Positions 17,599-25,970 of a stretch of DNA of 64,000 bases are shown one piece after another. The translations under genes and the position numbers were made by a program. The notes beneath the pieces are model-generated. The model did no database searches and had not been told where the DNA came from. It saw only the letters and a list, made by a program, of their open reading frames with translations. Origin of the DNA: a virus (Duplodnaviria > Caudoviricetes); the IMG/VR virus record IMGVR_UViG_2634166338_000002, one strand, 5' to 3'. Position 1 is the stretch's first letter, and the number at the start of each line of letters is the position of its first letter.

Positions 17599-18843
17599 CT
17601 ATTCGGGCTGTCGTGCGCGGGGAAAGGCGAGGTGTTCCTCGAAGTGGGCGCCCGCGGTCAGGCAGTGATGCAGGCCGGTGAGCAGGCGTGTGCTGACGCG
17701 GCGCAGCGCCCCGGCGTAGGTGTCGCCGGCGGCGCGGCGCTGGTCGTAGCGGGCGCGGGCGCCGGGGGATCGGGTCAGGGAGCAGAACGCCCATTGGTGG
17801 CAGACGGCTTTGAGGCGCCGGTTGCAGACGTATCGGTGGGCGACCTGGCTGCTGTTGCCGCTGGACCAGGTCAGCGGGGCGATCCCGGCGTAGGCGCGCA
17901 GACCGCGCGCGGTGGCGAACCGTCGGGGGTCGTCGCCGAGTTCGGCCAGGAGCCGGGCGCCGCCGAGGGGGCCGCAACCGGGGAACGACAGATAGATCGA
18001 GGCGTGCGGGTGTTGGAGGAACGCGTCGGTCAGTTCGGTCGTGAGCTGGTCGGTGGTGTTGCAGGCGTGGTTGAACTGGTTCAGCAGGGCGCGGACTTCT
18101 ACGGCGGTGGCCTTCTCGATTTCGCGGGGTAGCCGCAGGACGGGTTGGGCGAACAGGTCGCGTAACCGGTAGGCCTCGTCGTCGACGAGCCTCAGCCGGA
18201 CCGGTGCGAGGATCTTGGAGAGGCGGTACTGGGTCAGCCGTGCCGCGGCTTCTGCCGTCGGGCCGGCCTCAAGGACCGTCCGGGCTTCGAGTCGGCGCAG
18301 CCCGAAGTCGCGGCCTTCCCAGGCGATCAACGCGGTGGGATGGACCTGGTGCAGCAGCCGGCGAAGTTTCGCCTGCAACTGCTCGCGCAGCAGCTGGGAC
18401 CGGTACTGGGCACGGGCCAGCACGGTGATGGCCTCGGCGACGGGACTTGTGGCCGGTAGGGGCTGGAGTTCGCCCCACTTGTCGCGTAGCAACCTCGCCA
18501 GTAGCTCGGCATCCGAGCGGTCGGCCTTCTTCCGGGTCACCGACCGGTAGGCGCGGAATCGGGCCATGTCGCTCGGCGGGATCTGGAAGACGGTCTGGCC
18601 GCGGGCGCGCAACGCCTGGACCAGCAGGCCGCCGTTGGTCTCGATCGCTATCGGGACCTGCTTGCGGCTGTGCTGGTGGCCGGCGAGCAGCCCGGACAGC
18701 AGCGTGAACAGCTCACGCAGACCATCGGGGGAGGCGGCGATCCGTAGGTGGTGCACGGTGGTGCCGTGGGCGTCGATCACCGCGGCGTCATTGAGCCGGT
18801 CGGCCCAGTCGATCCCGCAGTAGAAGCGTGGTGGCCGTTGCAT
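17599..18843 (-). CDS. IS110-family transposase/recombinase
   Basis: DEDD residues in GIDWA, IAIET and KKADRSDA; C-terminal FPGCG...LLAELGD...YAGIAP.T.SSG. Confidence 0.93.
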   Translation of the reverse strand: MQRPPRFYCGIDWADRLNDAAVIDAHGTTVHHLRIAASPDGLRELFTLLSGLLAGHQHSRKQVPIAIETNGGLLVQALRARGQTVFQIPPSDMARFRAYRSVTRKKADRSDAELLARLLRDKWGELQPLPATSPVAEAITVLARAQYRSQLLREQLQAKLRRLLHQVHPTALIAWEGRDFGLRRLEARTVLEAGPTAEAAARLTQYRLSKILAPVRLRLVDDEAYRLRDLFAQPVLRLPREIEKATAVEVRALLNQFNHACNTTDQLTTELTDAFLQHPHASIYLSFPGCGPLGGARLLAELGDDPRRFATARGLRAYAGIAPLTWSSGNSSQVAHRYVCNRRLKAVCHQWAFCSLTRSPGARARYDQRRAAGDTYAGALRRVSTRLLTGLHHCLTAGAHFEEHLAFPRARQPE

Positions 18844-18849
18844 GCAGGT

Positions 18850-19105
18850 CTCCTATCCCGGGCACGGTGGGGTGGCTTCAGCCGAACCGCCGAGATGACG
18901 CGGATCGCCGCCGAATACGACTGAACTCACCGCTGCCGGCGAAGTGCCGGTGGGAGTCATGTCGTGCGGCAGCAGGCCGCTGTTACTCGGGCAGCTGCTG
19001 AAGTGAGCACCCCCGCGTGGGCGGGGAAGAGGAGCACCGTGACCGACAGCTCGGTAGGTCACGGCAGGGACCGCTGTTCTGTGGAAGAACGCTCTCGTCC
19101 GATAT
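18850..19105 (-). ncRNA. Candidate IS110 bridge/seek RNA region
   Basis: Hairpin-rich non-coding region 5' of the IS110 gene, preceded by a -10-like TACAGT at 19113-19108. Confidence 0.45.
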
Positions 19106-19467
19106 GGACTGTAGCGAACGGTCCGCCGCGACTGCCACCTTGATCGGCACCCGGGTTCGGTCGCTGAGGGGCGGGTGCCGGACGCGTCGGTGATTACCGT
19201 GTGCGCGCTGGGGCGGCGGATCGGCTTGGTTCGCTGCCGCCCGGGCGATCATGCGTGCTTGGTTCGGGTGGCGTGTGGAGCCGAGCGGCGGCCATCGCGT
19301 GGGGGAGAAACCTTGCGATAGAAAGACCGCCGCCCGGCGTCCTACAGGGTAGAGATGCAGACGGAACGGCAGGTTGGCCGGACCTGACTCAACCGCCTGG
19401 CCGAACCAGTGACGCCAGGGCTAGCTGATCGGTGATCGACTCCGTCGCGCGTCGCCACCGCGGTGCT

Positions 19468-20940
19468 TCAGCGAAGCTGGTTGATCCGCACGCCGTCGGC
19501 GTCGACCGTGACCCGGCATCCTGGCATGCAGCCCAGCACTCTGCGGATCTGATGGTCGATCGCGTATCGGAACCGTGCTGCGTGCTCGGCTGGCGGCGAC
19601 ATCCTTCGGCGGGAGTCGTCTGCCCTATCCGCGGCCGGGGCGGGGAGTTCGCCTTTGTCGTTGCGTTCGCCGAAGCGTTGCCACATCTGGTCCCAGCTGT
19701 AGGTGACCGGTTCCAGGAACGTGCGGGCGTGGCGGGCGAGCCATTGGTAGAGCTCCAGGAGCCGGGCGTCGTGGGCGAGGTGATGAACGATCAGCGGGTC
19801 GAGGTGGACGGTCTCCCGGATGACCTGGTCGGTGAATTCGGCGGACAGGGTGAACTCCGCGTGGTGGGGGCCGTCGTCGCTCCACCTCCAGCCGATCATC
19901 AGGCGCCGGCTCACCTCGTAGGGATCGGCTGCTGAAGCCGGCCGGTCCATGCAGATCGTGGTGGTGAACAGCGCCTGTAACTGTTCGCGCACCCGAGCGG
20001 GCTCGTGAGCGGCGTCCTCGATGCCGTTACCGGCCAGGAACGCGTACAGGTCCCTGGTGTGCAACTCGCGCTGTCCGCCGATCAGGGCCTGCCCGCCGAG
20101 CCAGGCCAGCATCAGCCGCGCGATGTTCCCCCAGGGCAGCGTCCCGCCAGCCCGCTCCCCGGGTGCGCCGTGGTTTGGCCCGGCCGACAGGTACACGGCC
20201 GTCCCGCTGCGGCTGTCGGGGCGCAGCGGCCAGAACCTGGCCTCGTCCGAGGCGGCCTTCACCGGGAGGCCGACGTGGGTACTGATCGCCGGCACGGCCA
20301 GGGTGCGGTGCCAGGCCAGCTCCGGGAAGCGGCGGCTGGCCTCGTGGGCTCGAAGGTTCCCGGCGTTGTGTTGATGGGTGTGCAGGTGGCGCAGCAGTCT
20401 GCTCGCCTGGGCGGCGTCGTGGGCGGATGTCGTGGCGGTCTGTTCGTCGGCGTTCACCGCGGTCTGTCGCCTCCACCGTGTTCCGCGCGGCAGAGCGTCG
20501 AGGAGTTTCTGTGCCTGTTGGCCGGTGCGGATGGTGACTTTGGCCGGGCCGCGGACCAGGTCGATGTCCTGCCTGTTCGGGCACGTCGCCCGGATGCCGG
20601 GGGCGCCGTACAGCTGCTTGTTGAGTCGCCGGGGCAGCAGCAGACGCAACAGGCGATCGGCGTGTTCCGGCTCGACGACCAGACGGATGCTCGTGGGCTC
20701 GGGGCTGACGAAGCGGATGGCCCGCAGGGTCGCGGTGTCGCTGCGCAGCAACGCCCAGACGTCGTGTTCGAGTTCGGCCTGCGCCCCGGAGGTCTCCGGG
20801 ATGGCGGGGCCGGTCGTGCCGAGCATCTGCTTGGCGCGGCTGTAGCTCTCGTTGGTGTTCAGGGACCTGTCGAAGGCGGCCTGGCTGTACACAGTGGATC
20901 CTTGTCTCGACGTGAACGCCCGGCTCGCCACGTCGATCAT
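19468..20940 (-). CDS. Plasmid RepA_C-like replication protein with unrelated N-terminal domain
   Basis: LPWG.IARL.LAWL...F...RVREQL..LF...LS..F...V.LD...L...LELY.WL...SW...RFG matches the IncW-type RepA_C pattern. Confidence 0.7.
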   Translation of the reverse strand: MIDVASRAFTSRQGSTVYSQAAFDRSLNTNESYSRAKQMLGTTGPAIPETSGAQAELEHDVWALLRSDTATLRAIRFVSPEPTSIRLVVEPEHADRLLRLLLPRRLNKQLYGAPGIRATCPNRQDIDLVRGPAKVTIRTGQQAQKLLDALPRGTRWRRQTAVNADEQTATTSAHDAAQASRLLRHLHTHQHNAGNLRAHEASRRFPELAWHRTLAVPAISTHVGLPVKAASDEARFWPLRPDSRSGTAVYLSAGPNHGAPGERAGGTLPWGNIARLMLAWLGGQALIGGQRELHTRDLYAFLAGNGIEDAAHEPARVREQLQALFTTTICMDRPASAADPYEVSRRLMIGWRWSDDGPHHAEFTLSAEFTDQVIRETVHLDPLIVHHLAHDARLLELYQWLARHARTFLEPVTYSWDQMWQRFGERNDKGELPAPAADRADDSRRRMSPPAEHAARFRYAIDHQIRRVLGCMPGCRVTVDADGVRINQLR

Positions 20941-21145
20941 GATCGACCGTGGGTGTTGAGTGACGGTGTTCGCTGGCTAGACCACAACCTGCGTGCTTTT
21001 TCGTCCGAACGAGCGTGGCGCTGTCAGCCGGGACACACCACTACAGACGAGGCATCTGCACTACCTATGCCCGCACGCTACCGCACCCGTGCCGGTCGGC
21101 CGTCGACTGTTCACCCCATCGTGGCTGGCGGTGCGCCCACTGGTC

Positions 21146-21173
21146 TTGACACAGCTTGTCGTAAAACTATAGT
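21146..21173 (+). promoter_or_regulatory. Promoter TTGACA-N16-TATAGT, probably a leaderless transcript
   Basis: ATG at 21181 follows the -10 hexamer after 7 nt. Confidence 0.65.
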
Positions 21174-21180
21174 CGTAGAA

Positions 21181-21390
21181 ATGTCAGTGAAGCCGGTCCG
21201 TCTCATGGGCGCACACGAGATCCGTATCCGTCTCGGTGGCGTCAGCCGCCAGCGCGCCTACCAGATCACCAGCAGGTCAGATTTTCCGACTCCGATCGCC
21301 GACCTGGCCCAGGGCAAGGTCTGGCTGATCGAGGATGTCGAGACGTGGATGAAGGCGCACCGGCGCGACGCGTCCGAGGACGATATCTAG
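21181..21390 (+). CDS. AlpA-family HTH regulator
   Basis: LMGAHEI..RLGGVSRQRAYQI...DFP.P..L..GKVW...DVE.W; C-terminal end of ORF-track frame 20005-21390. Confidence 0.85.
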   Translation: MSVKPVRLMGAHEIRIRLGGVSRQRAYQITSRSDFPTPIADLAQGKVWLIEDVETWMKAHRRDASEDDI

Positions 21391-21433
21391 CCGTGCGCCG
21401 GCATGCCGGCGCCAATTCCTGGCGGCGAATCTC

Positions 21434-21462
21434 TTGACAGAGATCGCTAACTCACCCATCCT
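21434..21462 (+). promoter_or_regulatory. Putative late promoter TTGACA-N17-CATCCT
   Basis: -35 flanked by the inverted repeat ATCTC/GAGAT; upstream of the virion operon. Confidence 0.55.
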
Positions 21463-21491
21463 GAATATCTTCGCAGCACCATAACCAAGAT

Positions 21492-21525
21492 CAGCGGCCC
21501 CCGGAGGTATCGGGAGCCGCTTTTT
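21492..21525 (+). terminator. Intrinsic terminator in the late leader
   Basis: agcggccccc-ggaggtatc-gggagccgct followed by TTTT. Confidence 0.7.
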
Positions 21526-21543
21526 GCGTCTTCGGGGGTGGTC

Positions 21544-21888
21544 ATGGCGACGCGACAAGGCCGAACGCCGTGGGAGGGCTCCACCCGCAGAAGGCGGCTG
21601 CCCGCGAACTGGGACAGCGAACTGAAACCAGCCGCACACCAGCGCAATCCGCAGCACATCTGCCACTGGTGCGGCAGGCCGGACGGCAACGACCTGGACC
21701 ATCTCCAGCGCGGTGACGATCACCGGATCGAAAACCTCGACTGGATCCACGGCCGTAACGACGTGCTGGCCGGCCGGTCGGAACGCAACTGCCACGGCGA
21801 GAAATCCGGAGCGGAAGGCGCGGCTGCCGCCGCCGCGAAACTGCGAGCACAACGACGCCCACCGGAACCGCATCCCGCGTTCACGTGA
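21544..21888 (+). CDS. Phage packaging HNH endonuclease
   Basis: RR.RLP.NW...CHWC...LDHL..GDDH...NL...CH..KS; C-terminal RPPEPHP. Confidence 0.88.
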   Translation: MATRQGRTPWEGSTRRRRLPANWDSELKPAAHQRNPQHICHWCGRPDGNDLDHLQRGDDHRIENLDWIHGRNDVLAGRSERNCHGEKSGAEGAAAAAAKLRAQRRPPEPHPAFT

Positions 21889-22006
21889 GCCGGCCTTTCC
21901 GCCCGGCTCCCTCAGGCATTTCCCTCGCGTGCGCGAGGCGTACCGGAGCCCGGTCCCCCGCTGGTCTCTCGTATGCCTCGCGCCGCATCTCTTTCTGGAG
22001 GTCAGC

Positions 22007-22243
22007 GTGGCTTCGTTCGGCGACGCGGCAAAACAGCAACCCGACGAGCCGGACGGCGACTTCACGATCCTCGGCGGCACGCTGCTGGTCGAGGTCGCCG
22101 TAGACCCGTCCCGGCTGGAAGTGTTGTACGGGCAGGTCCGGGACGCGACCCGGCGTGGTGTCCTCGACGGGTACGCCGACGCGGCTGAAGAGATCGCCCG
22201 TTTCGAGCAGGCGCAGGACACCGCTGGTGGAGCCGCGCCGTGA
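22007..22243 (+). CDS. Hypothetical protein
   Basis: GGAGG RBS, GTG at 22007; stop overlaps the next start. Confidence 0.6.
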   Translation: MASFGDAAKQQPDEPDGDFTILGGTLLVEVAVDPSRLEVLYGQVRDATRRGVLDGYADAAEEIARFEQAQDTAGGAAP

Positions 22244-22809
22244 CCACGGTTGTCGGTCTGGCCGGGCCGGCCGGTGTGTGGATGGCAGCCGATTCCCGGA
22301 CCAACGTCTACGACCGGCCGGTCGGCGGTGCGGTGAAGATCCTGCGGATGCCGCTCGACGGCGACCAGGTCGTGCTGGTCGGGTTCTCGGGCAACGCGGG
22401 GATGCCCGGACTCGCCCGCCGCGTTTGGCGCGAGGACCTGCGGCTCCCCACCCGGGGCGACGGCCTTCAGCAGTGGTGCGACGAGATCGCATCGCTGTTC
22501 ACGGAGCCCATGGTCGCGGCGGGGATGAGTGACGCCGGCCTGCTCGACGGCAACTTCCTGCTCGGCGTCCCCGGCGCCGGGGATCTGCCGTCGACGCTGT
22601 GGACGATCGGGCATCACATGGCGATCCGGCACCACGACGACCGCGGCGCTGTCGGCTCCGGCGAGGGCCCGGCGATCGGCGCGCTCGACGCGCTACTCGC
22701 CCTCGGCACGGAGCCCAGCGCCGCGGTTCACCAAGCCTGCATGATCGCGATCTCTCGGGATCGCTGGTCCGGGCGCCCGGTCCAGCAGGAGTTCACACCA
22801 GCGGCCTGA
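22240..22809 (+). CDS. Ntn-hydrolase, HslV/proteasome-beta-like protease
   Basis: N-terminal MTT, AADSR, K, G.SG and GAVGSG...A.GAL motifs. Confidence 0.78.
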   Translation: MTTVVGLAGPAGVWMAADSRTNVYDRPVGGAVKILRMPLDGDQVVLVGFSGNAGMPGLARRVWREDLRLPTRGDGLQQWCDEIASLFTEPMVAAGMSDAGLLDGNFLLGVPGAGDLPSTLWTIGHHMAIRHHDDRGAVGSGEGPAIGALDALLALGTEPSAAVHQACMIAISRDRWSGRPVQQEFTPAA

Positions 22810-22820
22810 CCCGGGGATTC

Positions 22821-23204
22821 TCAGCCGATACCGCTCCAGGCCAGCATCCATTGCGGCTCCTCGTCGTCGGGAACCTTGAGGATCCGCGCCGCCCACCGGA
22901 GGTTCGCCGTCTCGGCGCCCAACGGCAGCTCGGCCAGGAACGCGATGGGTTCCTTCTCGGTGCGTTCGAGGTAGGAAGCCAGCACGAACTGCTCCGGTTG
23001 CCCGTCGCCGACGTCCTCGTTGAAGAGCCCGAGCAACCCGAGTTGGTAATCCGGATCGCGGTTCGCCTCATCGTCCAGGAAGCCGCTGGCGCTGGCGTCG
23101 GTGAACATGTTCTGGGCGTGCGCGGCCGTCAGCAGCAGGGTCGTCGCGTCCTCGCTGTCGTAGTTGCTGATGGCGAATCCGTAGGCGAGAACCGCGTCTC
23201 TCAT
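22821..23204 (-). CDS. Acidic hypothetical protein (antisense moron)
   Basis: GAAGGA RBS; 127 aa. Confidence 0.65.
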   Translation of the reverse strand: MRDAVLAYGFAISNYDSEDATTLLLTAAHAQNMFTDASASGFLDDEANRDPDYQLGLLGLFNEDVGDGQPEQFVLASYLERTEKEPIAFLAELPLGAETANLRWAARILKVPDDEEPQWMLAWSGIG

Positions 23205-23439
23205 CGACGTCCTTCGGTAGATGGTGATACCCGCTCATGTTCTCCGCGCGCCTACGGCGACGACGGACAAACTGTGCGACCTCGGCCGCTCGTCCAGCCG
23301 GGCCCGCTCGCTTACCTGAGCAGGCCGGTGCAGTACCCCGCTGCTCCCTTGCGCGCCCGTTGGCGCATATCAGGCCGTGCTCCCGCAACAGGACAGGCCG
23401 ATTTTCTGCCCGCGATTCCCGGAATGGGAGTGAACACCG

Positions 23440-23904
23440 ATGCCCGGACCCCCGCCGAAGGACGTGAAGCACGGCCACACTGCCCGCGCATTGGCATGGA
23501 CGGAAGTCCCGGATGTGCCGTACGAGGACGGGCCGCCGTTGCCGCCGCTGGGCGGCCGCAAGAAGTGGCATCCGCTCGTCGAACAGTGGTGGGCGATCGT
23601 CTCGCGGATGCCGCACTGCGTGCTGTGGAGGCCTGAGGACTGGCACAAGGCCCTCGAACTGGCCTACGACAAGGACTTGTACTGGCGCAACGGCAACGAC
23701 CGGACCACCTCGCAGGCCACCGAGATCCGCCGCAAGGAGGACCAGCTCGGGATCGGCATGGACGCTCGGACCAAGCTGCGGATCCGGTATGTGACGCCGA
23801 AGAACGACGAGCAGCCGGCGGTGGCCGCCGTGCCGCCGGCCGCCGCGAGTGGCAAGGTGCTGTCCATCGCCGAGCGCCGCAAGGCCGCGCAGAAGACTGC
23901 GTAA
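23440..23904 (+). CDS. Terminase small subunit
   Basis: MPGPPPK N-terminus; WW..V..MPH...W...DW; EIR..E..LG....R.KLRI; directly before TerL. Confidence 0.85.
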   Translation: MPGPPPKDVKHGHTARALAWTEVPDVPYEDGPPLPPLGGRKKWHPLVEQWWAIVSRMPHCVLWRPEDWHKALELAYDKDLYWRNGNDRTTSQATEIRRKEDQLGIGMDARTKLRIRYVTPKNDEQPAVAAVPPAAASGKVLSIAERRKAAQKTA

Positions 23905-23919
23905 CGGGGCGGGGCCGGG

Positions 23920-25641
23920 ATGCCGCACCAGCGAATCCTGTCGCCCGACTACGACCCCAACCGCTCGCTCGGGTGGCTCGCCACCGCCTGGATCGAGTTC
24001 TTCGTGCGGCATGGGCCCGGTGACGTAGCGGGCCAAGCCGTCCACCACGGCCAGGAGTACACCGAGTTCATCGTCGCCGCCTACGCGGTCGGCGACGACC
24101 CGACCAACAACCACTTCCTACACGACACGATCTTCTTGAGCAGGCCGAAGGGCTGCGACAAGAGCGGCATCGCCGGCCGGCTGTGCCTGTGGGAGGCCTT
24201 CGGACCCTGCCGGTTCGCCGGCTGGGCCGAAGGCGGCGAGACCTACACCGATCCGCACGGATTCGGGTTCACCTACACCTACGAGCCCGGCGAGCCGATG
24301 GGCCGGCCGGTGCAGTCACCGTTCATCAGGATCCTCGCCACCGAGGAGAACCAGACCGGCAACACCTTCCGGACCGTTCACTACAACCTGACCAACGACG
24401 ACTGCCCGCTCTACTACTGGCCCGGCCACGACACCACCAAGGACAAGGTCTTCCTCAAGGGCAACGGCGGCGGAGAGATCCGCACGTCGACGGCATCCGC
24501 CGCGTCGAAAGACGGCGGGCTCGAAACGTTCGTGGTCGCCGACGAGTCACACCTCTACGACACCACCGAACTGCTCGACATGAAGGAGACCGTCGCGCAG
24601 AACCTGGAGAAGCGCAAGCAGAACGCCGGCACGCTGCTCCTGGAAACCACGACGATGTTCGCGCCCGGCGACGGATCCGCCGCCGAGGCCACCTTCGAAG
24701 AAGCCAAGGCGATCCTCGAAGGCCGCAAGAAGCGGGGCGCAGCCCGGCTGTACTACGACCACCGGTGGGGCCACATCGTCAACCTCGCCGACGAGGTCGC
24801 CCTGCGGCAGGCGATCCGCGACGCCTATGGCGACGCCCTCGAATGGATCAGCCTCGAATCGCTGGTCAACAAGGCCTACGACTCCCGCACCTCCCCGGCC
24901 AGGTTCCGCCGCTACTTTTTGAACGCCCAGACCTCCGCGAAGGACGCCTGGATCACGGTCGAGCAGTGGGACGACTGCGGCCGTGCCGACCGGGAACTGC
25001 GCGACGGTGACCTGGTAACGCTCGGCATGGACGGCAGCGTCACCGGGGATGCCACCTGTGTTTCGGCATGCCGGGTGTCGGACGGTCACGTCGAGTTGCT
25101 CGGCTGCTGGGAGCACCCGCCCGGTGCCGCCGGCGAGGACTGGATGGTCCCGCGTGAGGAAGTCGACGCGTGCATCGCCGACGCGTTCCGCCGCTTCCAG
25201 GTCGTCGGCTTCTTCGCCGACCCCCCACACTGGACGGACTTTCTCGCGGTCTGGACAAACCAGTTCGGCGACCAGCTGAAAGTCAAGGCGAGTCTGAAGT
25301 TCCCGATCCACTGGTGGACGAACCGGCAGACGCAGATGGCCGAGGCCCTCGCCGCGTTCCGCGAGGCCGTGGTCGAGAAACGTCTGTCGTTCACCCCGTC
25401 CGACGATCGGGCGGGCCGGGTCGCGGAGCTGTCGGCGACGCTTAAACGCCATGTCGGGAATGCCCGTGAACGGCCGTCCCGAGCGGGGTTGCAGATCGGC
25501 AAGGAACACAAAAATTCGGACAAGAAGATCGATGGAGCGATGAGTACCGTTCTCGCGTGGACCGCGCGGACCGCCGCGATCGCGGCCGGCGTGAAGCCGC
25601 AGGCGCCACCGGAGCTCTACCTGCCCAAGCGGATCCGGTAA
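23920..25641 (+). CDS. Terminase large subunit
   Basis: RPKGCDKS (Walker A-like), FVVADESH (Walker B), TT coupling motif, LGMDGS and KIDG nuclease motifs. Confidence 0.95.
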   Translation: MPHQRILSPDYDPNRSLGWLATAWIEFFVRHGPGDVAGQAVHHGQEYTEFIVAAYAVGDDPTNNHFLHDTIFLSRPKGCDKSGIAGRLCLWEAFGPCRFAGWAEGGETYTDPHGFGFTYTYEPGEPMGRPVQSPFIRILATEENQTGNTFRTVHYNLTNDDCPLYYWPGHDTTKDKVFLKGNGGGEIRTSTASAASKDGGLETFVVADESHLYDTTELLDMKETVAQNLEKRKQNAGTLLLETTTMFAPGDGSAAEATFEEAKAILEGRKKRGAARLYYDHRWGHIVNLADEVALRQAIRDAYGDALEWISLESLVNKAYDSRTSPARFRRYFLNAQTSAKDAWITVEQWDDCGRADRELRDGDLVTLGMDGSVTGDATCVSACRVSDGHVELLGCWEHPPGAAGEDWMVPREEVDACIADAFRRFQVVGFFADPPHWTDFLAVWTNQFGDQLKVKASLKFPIHWWTNRQTQMAEALAAFREAVVEKRLSFTPSDDRAGRVAELSATLKRHVGNARERPSRAGLQIGKEHKNSDKKIDGAMSTVLAWTARTAAIAAGVKPQAPPELYLPKRIR

Positions 25642-25970
25642 CCGGGACGTCCTCGAGGAGACGAAGCCGGTCAGAGGGTAAGCCGGTCGAGTAGGTCACG
25701 CAGAGCCCTCAACCGGCGCTGCGTTTGTGGTTCCGGCGGACGGGTGAGGCTTAGCGGCCCGATCTCGTGGATGACCGCACGGAACAGGACTTCCCGGTCT
25801 TCGTCGGTGTGAATCAGGCAGCCCCAGGAGGCCCGGCCCCGTTCACTGGCCAGGGTGGCGCGCAGTTCGCGTAGATGATCGGCGGGCTTACCGCTGGACC
25901 GCGCGATCTCGTGGTCAACAGCCTCAACCAGCGCGGCGCGATCGTCGTCGTCGTCACGCAGCAGACCGGA

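Noticed and set aside
17324-19150. TGATCGGCAC direct repeat flanking the IS110 region as a TSD
   Set aside because: IS110 elements do not generate long TSDs, and the same 10-mer occurs at 28861 in unrelated coding DNA; probably chance.
20005-21180. 461-aa plus-strand ORF as one protein
   Set aside because: Only the last 69 aa (AlpA, with its own promoter) are credible; the rest is antisense to the RepA-like gene.
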